From NCBI GenBank assembly GCA_964534625.1, contig CAZHRF010000003.1, positions 65,486 through 129,485 of the forward strand: a DNA stretch of 64,000 nt, written 5' to 3'. Shown here in pieces: positions 31,851-42,088 of this stretch. The stretch comes from an uncultured archaeon. Lineage in GTDB: Archaea; Asgardarchaeota; Heimdallarchaeia; Heimdallarchaeales; Heimdallarchaeaceae. Position numbers and translations under genes: made by a program. How positions within the stretch are numbered: position 1 is the stretch's first letter; each line of letters begins with the position of its first letter. Under the pieces are notes generated by a model, which saw only the letters and a list, made by a program, of their open reading frames with translations, searched no databases and was not told where the DNA came from.

Positions 31851-33416
31851 TCATTTATCTAGTATAGGTAAAAACACCCGTATTATTTCTCTTTTTTCAT
31901 TTTTATTATTCTTAATATTCAATATTTCTATAAAATAATCACATCTAAAAGCAATCTCCTTTACAATTATAAATGGCAGATATTTTGACATTGAACCCTC
32001 AAAAAGGTCTAGGTCAAATACTCGTTTAACACTGTAGAGAGTGTTGAGGGGAATTATATTGTTATCATAAAAAGAGACGCATATAGTAGGTTGATTATTA
32101 TACTCACATTCTTCTCCTATAATCAATAGTTTACCAGCATTATCCATTAATTGGCATAATCCAAAAATTAAGTAATCAAAAAAAGTAGAAAGAAACCAAT
32201 TCCCTACCATCATTAAATTATCTGTTAATGTAACATCGATCGTTGTTGATAATCGATCAAATCTTGCTTTTACTGTTTTTATCGAATTATCAATTATCAT
32301 CTCCAAAGAAACTTCGTTCAGATTTCGATCAGTAGATGTATCTAAGATTTTTCCAAGCATTGTGGTATCTTGAATTAAAATAGTGCCTTTTTTCGTTATT
32401 TCATCGATTTTGCTGATAAATTTTTTCTTTTCTAAAGGTACAACTTTCTGCAATAATTGAGAATATCCATATAGTGCAAAAAGAATATCCTTAATATCAT
32501 GGCCCAATATGCTCATATAATATGAATGCCGTCTCTGGTATTCTTCTGCAATTGACTGTAATTTAATAGACCCAGAGATATCAATTAATGAAATAACCAC
32601 ACAGTATTCACTTGTAAGATTTGATACTGTTGGGGAAAGTTGCACAAAATATTGTGTTTTTCTTTTTTTTGACGAAAGAGAAAATTCTATTTTCAGTAAT
32701 TCATTTGTTAATTTTTCAAAGACCAACTCTATTTTTGAGTAAAACCAGTTTTTCATTTCTTCTGTAAAATAGAATAGTTCATGAATTTTTTTACCTATTA
32801 CATTGTCCAAAATTAAATTAAAGTCATCCTCTGCCTTTTTATTTATATATAAAAACTCATAATTGTTTTTTACTAAAAAAACGGGGAATGAAGCAAATTC
32901 AACATTTCTCGTAATATGCCGTGTATCAGCCAAAAGTTTCTGTCTCTGAAAAACAAAAAATAGTTGTTTCCTTATTAATCTCAAAAATTTTAAAATTTCA
33001 ACATTAAAAATTTCTTTCTTCGAGCTGACAAAGAGGAGAAAACCAAAACTCAACTCTTGTTTTGAAAGAGGGAGAATCAATCCATATTTGGATTGAGGGT
33101 TATAAAACGGAAATCCATCCAATTGTCCCCACCCATTAAAAATATTCAATTCGGGGAAATCTAAAGTGACCTCTTGGAAGTAATTTTTTATTTTTTCATC
33201 AATATCCCCACTTTGGAAAATAAATGAGTTACCTTGTTTTTGAAAATAAGCTATTCCACTTAGGGGGAGAACCTTTTCAATCTTTTTTATTATCGTATCA
33301 AATATTAAATTATGGTTTGTAGTTTTAAGAATTAAATCGGTGATATCATCAATAATGTCTAATTGATTTTCACAAGTTATTAATAAGGGCTCAACATCTT
33401 CATGCATCATAATCAC
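31851..33416 (-). CDS. Sensor histidine-kinase-like protein (GAF/PAS-like N-terminus, HisKA, degenerate ATP-binding domain)
   Basis: H-box SILGHDIKD. The N-box-like QLMDNAGKL is present, but G1 (DNNIIP) and G2 lack the glycines. No response regulator gene is adjacent. Confidence 0.55.
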   Translation of the reverse strand: MIMMHEDVEPLLITCENQLDIIDDITDLILKTTNHNLIFDTIIKKIEKVLPLSGIAYFQKQGNSFIFQSGDIDEKIKNYFQEVTLDFPELNIFNGWGQLDGFPFYNPQSKYGLILPLSKQELSFGFLLFVSSKKEIFNVEILKFLRLIRKQLFFVFQRQKLLADTRHITRNVEFASFPVFLVKNNYEFLYINKKAEDDFNLILDNVIGKKIHELFYFTEEMKNWFYSKIELVFEKLTNELLKIEFSLSSKKRKTQYFVQLSPTVSNLTSEYCVVISLIDISGSIKLQSIAEEYQRRHSYYMSILGHDIKDILFALYGYSQLLQKVVPLEKKKFISKIDEITKKGTILIQDTTMLGKILDTSTDRNLNEVSLEMIIDNSIKTVKARFDRLSTTIDVTLTDNLMMVGNWFLSTFFDYLIFGLCQLMDNAGKLLIIGEECEYNNQPTICVSFYDNNIIPLNTLYSVKRVFDLDLFEGSMSKYLPFIIVKEIAFRCDYFIEILNIKNNKNEKREIIRVFLPILDK

Positions 33417-33491
33417 TATTTAATTCGTTGATGTTTATTGAGGGAGTATCTATTTTTTTAGATAGTGCTTCCTCTATAATCTTTGTTTTTC

Positions 33492-35819
33492 TTATTCAAT
33501 AATGTTTCTAGAAATCTTTTGAAATTCATTAATTCCTTTCGCTAATTTTTTCTTTGTTATATTCATATGTGTTTCTACATCATCAAAAGCAAGTTTAATG
33601 CTATTCTGAAGCATATCCATTGCTGTTTCTATACCTTTTAATTGACTTTGTATTGACTTTTCTACTTTAGCAGTCGTTTCTCTGGTACTATTTTTGATTC
33701 GTCTGTTTATCGAACTTGAATCAGTTTTTTCTTGGACAGAATTTAATTGAGTTAACACAGTTGTCCATATTTGATCAATTTTGTGTGGGATTAATGCAGC
33801 AAGTTCATCAAAAATAACTTTTATTGTACCACTATTTGTTTCTTTTGTGTCTTCAAAATAATTCAAAAGTACTTCATATTCCTTACCCAATTTATTTTCT
33901 AAATTATTTATTAAACTCGTTAAAGAGATAGATAAATCCTCATAAATTTGTTTCAATTCGAAGTACGACTGATTTTGATTTACTTCAAATTCATTTAGAA
34001 TTCTTGTAATTGTATTTGCAACAGTTGCTTGATGGTTTGTATAAAAGTCCAGTGTTTCTTTCAATAATAAAGAGAAACTTTCTTCAAAACCCAATCGAGT
34101 CCTTTTAATGGTTTCAGAGAAAGTTTCAATTTTATTGTTAAATTCCTTTTTTTGGTCACCAAGATAGGCTTTAATTTCATATTTATTGGTTGTCAAACTA
34201 TCGGAAAATTCCTTTTTCGTTTTGTCTCGTATATCGTCCAGTTTTTGTTGATATTCTTTATGTAACTCAGAAATGGTTAAGTTTATTCGGCGAATTTTTG
34301 AACCTATAGTTGTATAAATAGTCTCCAAAATAGTTTCCAGTCCATTAACCACTACTTGTGACAGATACGTGTTAATCTGAACTTCAATGTTTTCTAATTC
34401 ATTTATCTTCTTTTTTAGTCCAACGCTAATATCATTTGTATCTTTTACAAAATCACTATTGTTTTTCTTGTATATTTTTTGATTCTCTTTAATATGATTA
34501 AGTTCCATTTCTAATTTTATAACTTCTTGTTTTATCCGTTCATATTTATTTACTTCAGAATTAATGTGTGTCTTCTCATCTTTTTTTATCATTTTTTTCA
34601 GTTTCTTAATTAAATCATCACTTTTTTCTAGCTTTTTTTCCACAATGTTACTAAAACGATTGTCTTGAGTATTTTTTTTCTGATAGTAGTTCAATAACCC
34701 ATTTAACTCAGTGATGGTTTGTACTAATTTTGGAGTGAACAGGTATGTTATTGATGAAATTTGGTTTTTTACAATATCATCAATTAAATCCTGGAATTCG
34801 TCATTTATTGTTTCAATATACCCTTCTACTCCAGAAAGATGTTGTGTTAACAAATCTTGCTCTTGTCTTTGTTTTTCAGAGATTTCGGTATCTAATTTCA
34901 TTTGAAGATCGAGAAACTTTTTCCTGACATTCTCATTTAAACTAGAAATTCTATTTTCTAGGTGCAAATTTATAGTTTCCACATAATGTCTTAGATCACC
35001 TTCAAATGCACTAATTTTATTTAGGAATAGATATTTCTCTGTAGTAAATAGTTGATCTGTTTTTTCTAAATTTTCATTTATCTCTTTTTTTAGATTTGAA
35101 AGAAGCTTGTTTGCAGAGGTTTTGACTTCATTCTTTTTTTTCGAATAAGTTGCTTTGGTCTTATTATCAATTTCTTGAAAACCCCGCTTTATTAATTCTC
35201 TTGAATTATTTATTGTTTCTGCGATATATAATGCAGATGGTAGTTTAGGAGGCGTTTTAAAATCACCAGTACTGAGATCACCATTAGGTGACATACCTAA
35301 TTTTGATTTCAGTTGATGAATGATTCGCTCTTTTTCAGACCGGATAAAAGAATCAAGATTTATCCTGTAGTGCCCAAAGGCCCTTAATCTATTGGTTTCG
35401 TATTTGTTAATTTGTATATCTAAATCATCTTGAAGCTTTAATCCAAGAGTTGAGACTTCCTTGAAGAGTATATTCATGGAACTTGACAGATGATTGTTGG
35501 CAGCTGACATTGATTCCTTTAAACTTGTAGATGTTTCCTTAAGGAACTCTTTTTCTTCTTCATTAACTTTTTCATAACATTTATTTAACCCATCAAGTGA
35601 ACTATCAAATAATTCTAACATATCCACTTCATAATGTATGTCATCTTTTTTCTTCACCCAATTTAATTTTGTTAGAAGATTTAAGGATGATTGAATGGTT
35701 GATAATGACATTTTGAGTTTTTCACTTAATGATTCTAAACTCACATTTTTCTCCCCAACCATAGTGGCAATGACTTTTAGATCATTTTCATTGAATTGGT
35801 TTAGTGGTGTCAAGCTCAT
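33492..35819 (-). CDS. 775-aa protein with an N-terminal winged helix and a very long coiled coil
   Basis: The N-terminal VIATMVGEKNVSLESLSEKLKMSLSTIQSSLNLLTKLNWVKKKD looks like a MarR/TrmB-type wHTH. The remaining ~700 aa are N/K/E/L-rich helical repeats. Confidence 0.6.
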   Translation of the reverse strand: MSLTPLNQFNENDLKVIATMVGEKNVSLESLSEKLKMSLSTIQSSLNLLTKLNWVKKKDDIHYEVDMLELFDSSLDGLNKCYEKVNEEEKEFLKETSTSLKESMSAANNHLSSSMNILFKEVSTLGLKLQDDLDIQINKYETNRLRAFGHYRINLDSFIRSEKERIIHQLKSKLGMSPNGDLSTGDFKTPPKLPSALYIAETINNSRELIKRGFQEIDNKTKATYSKKKNEVKTSANKLLSNLKKEINENLEKTDQLFTTEKYLFLNKISAFEGDLRHYVETINLHLENRISSLNENVRKKFLDLQMKLDTEISEKQRQEQDLLTQHLSGVEGYIETINDEFQDLIDDIVKNQISSITYLFTPKLVQTITELNGLLNYYQKKNTQDNRFSNIVEKKLEKSDDLIKKLKKMIKKDEKTHINSEVNKYERIKQEVIKLEMELNHIKENQKIYKKNNSDFVKDTNDISVGLKKKINELENIEVQINTYLSQVVVNGLETILETIYTTIGSKIRRINLTISELHKEYQQKLDDIRDKTKKEFSDSLTTNKYEIKAYLGDQKKEFNNKIETFSETIKRTRLGFEESFSLLLKETLDFYTNHQATVANTITRILNEFEVNQNQSYFELKQIYEDLSISLTSLINNLENKLGKEYEVLLNYFEDTKETNSGTIKVIFDELAALIPHKIDQIWTTVLTQLNSVQEKTDSSSINRRIKNSTRETTAKVEKSIQSQLKGIETAMDMLQNSIKLAFDDVETHMNITKKKLAKGINEFQKISRNIIE

Positions 35820-36062
35820 ATATTTAAAAGTACTTAGAATCTTTAAAAGGATTAATATTCAATTATATTTTACGGAATAATAAATCAAATTAAAGTTTAA
35901 GGATAATAAAATCCTATGAACTTTGTTTTTAGCTTTCAACTAACCAAAAAGGGAGATTTAGAAGGAAAATCCCGTAGAGACACCATAAGGATAAAAAAAT
36001 AATATTTTAGATTAATAGTAAACATCCCAAACTTTTTTTTGTAGATTTCAACTGATGTTCTT

Positions 36063-36869
36063 ATGCAAGACTCTCCTGAAGATAAAGATAATAAATTTAC
36101 GATTAAGCCTGGTTCAAAAATACTCATCATTTTAGATCGTCGGAGAAGGTGGATTCGTGTTGTTGAGGAAGATAAAAGATTTCATTGCAATAAGGGGTTT
36201 TTTGACTATAACGAAATACTAGGCAAACCATTTGGCACTAGTGTCAAAACAAATAAATCAACCACTTTATGGATTTATTTTCCAACACCAACTGACGAAC
36301 TAATGTCCATCTCTCACAGTTCTCAGATTATTTATCCTAAAGATGCTGGTTTAATACTTTTATATGGAGGTATTAAAAACGGATCAAAGATAATTGAGAT
36401 AGGGACAGGCAGTGGTGCCCTAACTTCAGTTTTAGCAAACTATGTTGGACCAAAAGGGATGATATACAGTTATGAAATCAGAGAAAAAGCATATATTGTA
36501 GCAAAGAAAAACATCAAAAAGTTAGGATTAGAAGCTAATGTGGTTTTAAAGAACGTTGATGGTAGAGAGGGCTTTAACGAAAAAAATGTTGACGCAATTG
36601 TTGTTGATATGGGAGATCCATGGGAAATCATCGAATCAGCCTATGAGGCATTAAGACCATCTGGAATAATTAGTTTTTTCATTCCAACTACCAATCAATT
36701 AGAAAAAGTATACATCAAATTAAAAGAGAATAACTTCAAAGACATAGAAGCCTTAGAGTTAATAGAACGAGGAATACAGCTCAAAGAAAATGCGATAAGA
36801 CCAAAAACCTGGACACATGTTGGGCATACAGGGTATCTTGTTTTCGCAAGAAAATTTATTGAGGAGTAG
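36063..36869 (+). CDS. trmI: tRNA (adenine-N1)-methyltransferase TrmI/Gcd14 family
   Basis: N-terminal beta-domain followed by IIYPKDAGLILLYGGIKNGSKIIEIGTGSGALT (SAM motif I) and DAIVVDMGDPW. This is typical TrmI. Confidence 0.8.
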   Translation: MQDSPEDKDNKFTIKPGSKILIILDRRRRWIRVVEEDKRFHCNKGFFDYNEILGKPFGTSVKTNKSTTLWIYFPTPTDELMSISHSSQIIYPKDAGLILLYGGIKNGSKIIEIGTGSGALTSVLANYVGPKGMIYSYEIREKAYIVAKKNIKKLGLEANVVLKNVDGREGFNEKNVDAIVVDMGDPWEIIESAYEALRPSGIISFFIPTTNQLEKVYIKLKENNFKDIEALELIERGIQLKENAIRPKTWTHVGHTGYLVFARKFIEE

Positions 36870-36871
36870 AA

Positions 36872-37348
36872 ATGTCAAAGATTATTTTTCGTTGTTTAAA
36901 TTGTGAAAAAATCAATGAAATTCCAAGCCAATATTTCCATCGTACGTGTAAAAGATGTGGAAAAATCGTTAGTTATTCCCAGGATAATGCTTTTTTTATA
37001 GATCAAGATAGCGATATGGATGAATACTATAAATTTATGAAAGGAAAAAGATTAACAAATAAATTGGCCAAAGATTTTTTTTCTTTGGTTGATAGAGATA
37101 GAACCATTATGTCTAAATTACTATCCAGAGAAAAGAGAGAGATAGAATTACCTATAATCAAATCATCTTCTTCTTACGAAATATTTCTTGAGTTGGTACG
37201 AGATCATAATTATACAACTTTGGATGATTTGATTTTTATATGGGAAAAATTAGGGTATAAAAAAGATAAGCTTGAAGCTCTTTTGAAGTTTATGAATGAA
37301 CAAGGTATAATATACAAGCCAAAACCATGGAAATTGGATATACTATAA
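36872..37348 (+). CDS. Zn-ribbon protein with a helical C-terminal domain
   Basis: CLNC...CKRC zinc ribbon at the N-terminus. It starts 2 nt after the trmI stop. Function unknown. Confidence 0.45.
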   Translation: MSKIIFRCLNCEKINEIPSQYFHRTCKRCGKIVSYSQDNAFFIDQDSDMDEYYKFMKGKRLTNKLAKDFFSLVDRDRTIMSKLLSREKREIELPIIKSSSSYEIFLELVRDHNYTTLDDLIFIWEKLGYKKDKLEALLKFMNEQGIIYKPKPWKLDIL

Positions 37349-37398
37349 AAAATGAACTGTCGCTATCAAAAGCCTATGTTTTCCTGTAAGACAAAAAG

Positions 37399-37992
37399 CT
37401 AGTATCTCTTTTCTTTTAATTTATTTTTAATATAACTACCAATCAACACTAATACAGTAACACCAACTATACTAACGAAACCAATACCAATGCCTAAAAC
37501 TATACCAGAGGAACTACGCATATCAATAACTCTTACAACAACATCTTTCACTGCAAAATAATCATTAGGTAAAGGACTTAATGGATTATTAGCATTGTAG
37601 ATATCTTCTGCTACAAAGAATATGCTTACATTGTAATATGAAGGTACATTAGTTATTTTTGCCTTTAATGTGGCAGTCATACTTTCTTGAGCGTCTAAGG
37701 TTCTGTGATATGTATTAAAGTTTCTTGAATAATTAGAATTATATCTTTCACTACCATTAATGTTGACAAACATTACATTTATTGAAATAACCTCAAATGA
37801 TTCATTTCCAATATTAACTAAAGTAGCAAAAAAATTCACTTCTTCCCCACGTACTATATTTGTTTTAGATAAAACGCCATCATACGCTTCAATCTCATTA
37901 ACAGCAGCTTTTGTCGAATGGATGAACATGTTACTCGCAAATAACATAAAGATTATTGAAAAGATTTTTAGTGTGTTTTTATTTTGAAGCAT
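37399..37992 (-). CDS. Predicted surface protein (signal/TM at the N-terminus, C-terminal TM anchor)
   Basis: N-terminal hydrophobic segment ending AAV, C-terminal TM followed by KNKLKEKRY, and several NxS/T sequons. Confidence 0.5.
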   Translation of the reverse strand: MLQNKNTLKIFSIIFMLFASNMFIHSTKAAVNEIEAYDGVLSKTNIVRGEEVNFFATLVNIGNESFEVISINVMFVNINGSERYNSNYSRNFNTYHRTLDAQESMTATLKAKITNVPSYYNVSIFFVAEDIYNANNPLSPLPNDYFAVKDVVVRVIDMRSSSGIVLGIGIGFVSIVGVTVLVLIGSYIKNKLKEKRY

Positions 37993-38200
37993 GATATCTA
38001 CCTGTTTTTTATATTAATAACATCAACTATTTCTCTCGAAGTCGTAGAGAACTTTTATAATTCATCTAAATTATTATCTATAGAGTATTTTTAGCTCCTC
38101 TTTTTTGTTTATAAGAATTTTGGTACTGTTTTATTTTTCTGATACACATAATACAGGAAAAACAATAGAATAGGGAAAATGAAAAATAAAAATAAATCTC

Positions 38201-39232
38201 TTAAAATAGAGCCTCATCTTCTGCATATTTATAGGCCAACAAGAATAAAACAAAAAATACACCAGCAGATAGAGCAACAACTAAGGATATAGCACCGCCC
38301 CAATAGTTTGCGATAAAATTGATTGCAATAAAGATTGGAACCATTATTGTTCCACTTCCACCGCCATCATCTTTATTTAGTCCTTTTTTCCATCTAACAA
38401 GAGTCTCAAAAGAACTTAGAGCAACAGCAATTCCATTAGTTATAAACATCGCCAAGTGTGAAGAATTCCATTTCGCGACAAATGCAAATATCAGGAATAT
38501 ACCCGAAAATAAAAAGGTTTTGAGTAAAAAGCCAACTCGTGGAGGGTATGGCTTAATATAAGAGATTTCAGCTTGCGCCTCTCTCACGAATAAAAAGAAA
38601 TTGCCAATCACCATAGCACATGCTAAACATAACACAACCCCATAAAAGATTGGTGCTAATTTTTCCCAGAGAGAGAGTATAGGTTCAACAACCTCAAAAT
38701 ATGATCTGTAAAAAGCTATTGCCACAATTAAAGGAATAATAGATAAAATCAATCCAGGTATAACAATAAGTAATGCGGGAGGTGATCTTTCTGTATTTAA
38801 CGCAATAAATAATAGTTTTACAGCAAAAAAGGAGCCGAAAACAGCCAGTATAGGGGACGTAAAAGGTAATATAAAGAAGAATAAACAAAATACTGCATTA
38901 GCAAGATAAAACAAACGGGTATCAATTCTAACTTTACCAATAGCACGCCACATTAATTCGTAAGCATTGGCAATTCTATTCGCTCTAATGATAGAAAACA
39001 ATGTAAAAGGCAAAGCAAAGAGTAGTGGAGCTAATATTTTTAAAATAAGAAATTCTGTGTTTGGGTTAAAAGTACTCGTTTCTGTAACACGCCAGAAGAA
39101 AAAATAATCCAAACTTATGTCTTTCATTGGACCAATAAATGACCACAGATAGAAATATACAGGAAACACAAATATCTGAATTAATACAATAAGGCGATTA
39201 ATCATTAATTTAGGCATCTCATCAGAGGACAT
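38201..39232 (-). CDS. Polytopic membrane protein (about 9-10 TM)
   Basis: Hydrophobic throughout. No family motif recognised. Confidence 0.5.
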   Translation of the reverse strand: MSSDEMPKLMINRLIVLIQIFVFPVYFYLWSFIGPMKDISLDYFFFWRVTETSTFNPNTEFLILKILAPLLFALPFTLFSIIRANRIANAYELMWRAIGKVRIDTRLFYLANAVFCLFFFILPFTSPILAVFGSFFAVKLLFIALNTERSPPALLIVIPGLILSIIPLIVAIAFYRSYFEVVEPILSLWEKLAPIFYGVVLCLACAMVIGNFFLFVREAQAEISYIKPYPPRVGFLLKTFLFSGIFLIFAFVAKWNSSHLAMFITNGIAVALSSFETLVRWKKGLNKDDGGGSGTIMVPIFIAINFIANYWGGAISLVVALSAGVFFVLFLLAYKYAEDEALF

Positions 39233-39345
39233 AATAAACTCCTTACAAAGTAAAAAGCAATAATACTAAAAAAACATTTGCTTTTACATTTGGTCTGCAA
39301 ACCAAAATTTAAATAAATTTAGAAGAAAAGTAAATTCAGAGAAAA

Positions 39346-40485
39346 ATGAATGAAACTTCCACATCTCTTGATGCATTACTTGAAAGGTATAACATCGCAA
39401 AATACGACTTAGAGTATATCCTTAATTTTATGGAAAAAGAAAACATCTCACCACAACTTGCAATGAGAAGAATAAAGGTTTTCGAGAAACTGCAAGAGAA
39501 AATGAAAAAAGCTGAATCAAATGAAAAGGTAAAAGAGCTTACAAAAGAATTGGATGAATTCTCAAAAGTGATAGAAGATTTACAAAAAGAAAAGGAAGAA
39601 TTAGACAAAAAGATACAAGAAAGTAAGCTAGAACAAGATTTGTTCCAAGCAGAGAGAGAAGAACTAAAAATCCAAATGAATTTGCTTATGGATTCAATGG
39701 GAGCAATGGATCAAGAATCAGACGTAGAAGAGATGAAAAGCGAAACACAACAATTAAAAAAACAGATTAGTGTAATGACAGCGGGATGCCAAACATTAAA
39801 AACAAAATTAAAAGAAGTAGAGAAAGAAAAAAAGCAGTTAGAACCATTAACAAGTAGTCTAATCAAAATTTTAGATGTAGTGATTGAGGGAAAGGAAATA
39901 CCAAAAGAAGTAAGAATTATCACTCCAAAAATACCAACACAAAAAATTGCGGGAGTAGTACCACCAGAAGATAGGGAAGAAATCGGGGAAGAAAGAGAAG
40001 AAGAAAAGATCACATTTATTCAACCATCGGCTATTAGTAAAAGTAGAGAAATAATAAGCGAGAAAAGTGTAGCAAAAACAGAAGAAGAAAAGCAAAAACC
40101 GAAAATTGACGATAAGTTATTTGCAGAACCAGAAGAGATCGACAAGAAAATACAAACTAAACAAGAAGTGGTACCGAAAAAAGAAGTAAAACACAAAGAA
40201 GAAGCCAAAGTTGACATTAGTGTGAGCCCAGATAAAAGTGAAGTAGTTGTTGAACCGAAGGTTGAAAAGATTCTTCGGTTATTTATTAGTTATGTTGAAG
40301 AATCAGACGATAATGATAATTTCAAAGCGAGAGTGGCAAGTATTTGTGATCTTGATGACGCGTATGTGGAATTGGGAGGATTGGCGATGGCCCAGTTATA
40401 CAGCTACCAAACAAAAACGATCAATGCCAAGAAAGAATTAATAAGATTACTAAACTCGTGGATAGAAAATGGTCTACCAAGATAA
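39346..40485 (+). CDS. E/K-rich coiled-coil protein with a globular C-terminal domain
   Basis: 379 aa with long charged helical segments. Followed by an A9/T11 tract. Confidence 0.5.
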   Translation: MNETSTSLDALLERYNIAKYDLEYILNFMEKENISPQLAMRRIKVFEKLQEKMKKAESNEKVKELTKELDEFSKVIEDLQKEKEELDKKIQESKLEQDLFQAEREELKIQMNLLMDSMGAMDQESDVEEMKSETQQLKKQISVMTAGCQTLKTKLKEVEKEKKQLEPLTSSLIKILDVVIEGKEIPKEVRIITPKIPTQKIAGVVPPEDREEIGEEREEEKITFIQPSAISKSREIISEKSVAKTEEEKQKPKIDDKLFAEPEEIDKKIQTKQEVVPKKEVKHKEEAKVDISVSPDKSEVVVEPKVEKILRLFISYVEESDDNDNFKARVASICDLDDAYVELGGLAMAQLYSYQTKTINAKKELIRLLNSWIENGLPR

Positions 40486-40495
40486 TAAAAAAAAA

Positions 40496-40506
40496 TTTTT
40501 TTTTTT
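40496..40506 (+). terminator. Oligo-T tract (T11), likely archaeal terminator
   Basis: An uninterrupted run of 11 T starts 11 nt after the stop at 40485 and is preceded by A9. Archaeal RNA polymerase terminates at oligo-T. Confidence 0.4.
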
Positions 40507-40561
40507 ACACTTTCAACAGAAAAAATAAATAGAAAAAAAATTTTTGGTCTACAGACATAAA

Positions 40562-40639
40562 GGACCAGTAGTCTAGCCTGGATAAGGCACCTGCCTTCGG
40601 AGCAGGATACCGCAGGTTCAAATCCTGCCTGGTCCGCCA
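40562..40639 (+). tRNA. tRNA-Arg (anticodon UCG), 78 nt, 3' CCA encoded
   Basis: Hand fold. Acceptor GGACCAG/CUGGUCC, anticodon stem CCUGC/GCAGG with loop CUUCGGA, T arm GCAGG-UUCAAAU-CCUGC, discriminator G, then CCA. Confidence 0.9.
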
Positions 40640-40747
40640 ATCACTAACATTGGTAATCGTGATAGAGTTATTTTTTTTACATGTCCATAAAAAGTTGTTT
40701 TTTAATTTTATCATAAAATTTAACAATGTTATTTCTGCATTTACCTT

Positions 40748-41500
40748 ATGCAAATAAAACAAAAGTCATTAATTTTTGGAATGCTAATTGTTATTATTCT
40801 TTTTTCAGCCTCTTTTAACTTACCAATCAGAGGTTCATCTTTCGTACAAAGTGGAGATTATTTTAGATATAATGTTATAAGTTCGAGTAACACAACAAAC
40901 ATTTTTTATGGGGCATGGCCACCAGGAAACTTATTTGGAAATTGGAGTGTAAAACCGGGGGACATACTGCTTTTCAATGTTTCTATTGTCAATGAAACAA
41001 CAATAAAAGGGAATATTACGATTGGGAACAGTTCATTCATAAATGTAAGAAATATAGATATAGCTAATGCCCTTTTAATTAGTATATATCCTTGGTTGGG
41101 GGGATTAATAGTTAATGAAGAGTGGTCAGAAATCGAAAATAAAATTGAAGAAACAAATACCACCTCAACAAGAATAAACAATTACTCATTCATAAGTAAT
41201 GGTATACAAAAATCTTTTTCAGCAATTATATTCAATACAACAAATTATTATGGTCAATATAGCATTCTGATATATGATTATGATACAGGAATATTATTAT
41301 CTGTAGACACTTCATTTGGCAATTACCATTTAGCTATGAATCTGTCTGATACTTCTATTAAAATCGGAGAAGACAAAATTATTAAAACCACTCTTTTCTC
41401 AACTCTAACCATTATTGGTGTTCTTTTCTTGACTGTAATTAAAAAAAGTGTTTACGGGGATAGAGAGAGGACAAACTCCGCACCAAAGATGTTAAAGTAG
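40748..41500 (+). CDS. Predicted N-glycosylated surface protein (signal peptide plus C-terminal TM)
   Basis: N-terminal TM/signal, at least 10 NxS/T sequons (NTT, NWS, NVS, NET, NIT, NSS and others), and a C-terminal TM followed by a basic tail. Confidence 0.5.
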   Translation: MQIKQKSLIFGMLIVIILFSASFNLPIRGSSFVQSGDYFRYNVISSSNTTNIFYGAWPPGNLFGNWSVKPGDILLFNVSIVNETTIKGNITIGNSSFINVRNIDIANALLISIYPWLGGLIVNEEWSEIENKIEETNTTSTRINNYSFISNGIQKSFSAIIFNTTNYYGQYSILIYDYDTGILLSVDTSFGNYHLAMNLSDTSIKIGEDKIIKTTLFSTLTIIGVLFLTVIKKSVYGDRERTNSAPKMLK

Positions 41501-41503
41501 CGA

Positions 41504-41936
41504 TTAATGAGTGTTTATCCCAAATCTTGCTATCCTATCAGTATATGTATAGAATATTCCTTCGATCTTCTGGATTACTTTTACTCGTAACATTCGCTGT
41601 AGCTCTTTTCTCTCCTCATTTATACTTGACCCGATTTCAGAGAAAATCTTAACAAGTTATAACCCATTTTGTTACGCATACTTCACTAGTTCTCCCTTTT
41701 GCCATTTCAAGCCTCCTTTTTGTTTAGTGGCACTGACTCTCGTATATCCCACCACGACCCGTCTGTATTCGTTTTTTCTTTTTTTGGTTGTTCTTTTCGC
41801 CATATCCCATTTAGATCATATTTTCTGTGTCTTCTTTTGTTCTAAAGTTATAGTGTATCTTTTCTTTTTTCCATGCTCTTCACGTCTTTGTGCTCACTCC
41901 CCAGTATTTCATTGCTATCCCACTTCGCACTAACAT
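41504..41936 (-). pseudogene. Decayed IS607-family serine recombinase (tnpA) remnant
   Basis: The minus-strand translation gives three recognisable pieces.
- IAMKYWGVSTKT*RAWKKEKIHYNFRT is a MerR-like HTH with an in-frame TGA at 41880-41882 where Leu is expected.
- After a frameshift, RVVVGYTRVSATKQKGGLE carries the catalytic Y-x-R-V-S-x-x-x-Q.
- In a third frame, SEIGSSINEERKELQRML...YTDRIARFG resembles the G-S-G-x-N...DRLxRFG blocks.
It is shorter than an intact tnpA (about 600 bp), and no tnpB is adjacent. Confidence 0.7.
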
Positions 41937-42088
41937 ACTTTTCTGTTCTCTCCTACTTTTACTTTTCCCGTTCCTCTCTCGTCGCTATAAGTTTAGTTCA
42001 AGTTTTGTCTCCTCAGTTGTTCACGGTAATTTTGATATACTAGCCAGAACATTATTAAACTAATAGTGTTAAAATAGGTTGGGAAACA

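Noticed and set aside
40404-40762. Two minus-strand ORFs (78 and 85 aa)
   Set aside because: They span the antisense of tRNA-Arg(UCG) and the oligo-A/T tract. They are not credible coding sequence.
41727-41933. 68-aa plus-strand ORF
   Set aside because: It is antisense to the IS607-like recombinase remnant. The recombinase reading, although broken, explains the region better.
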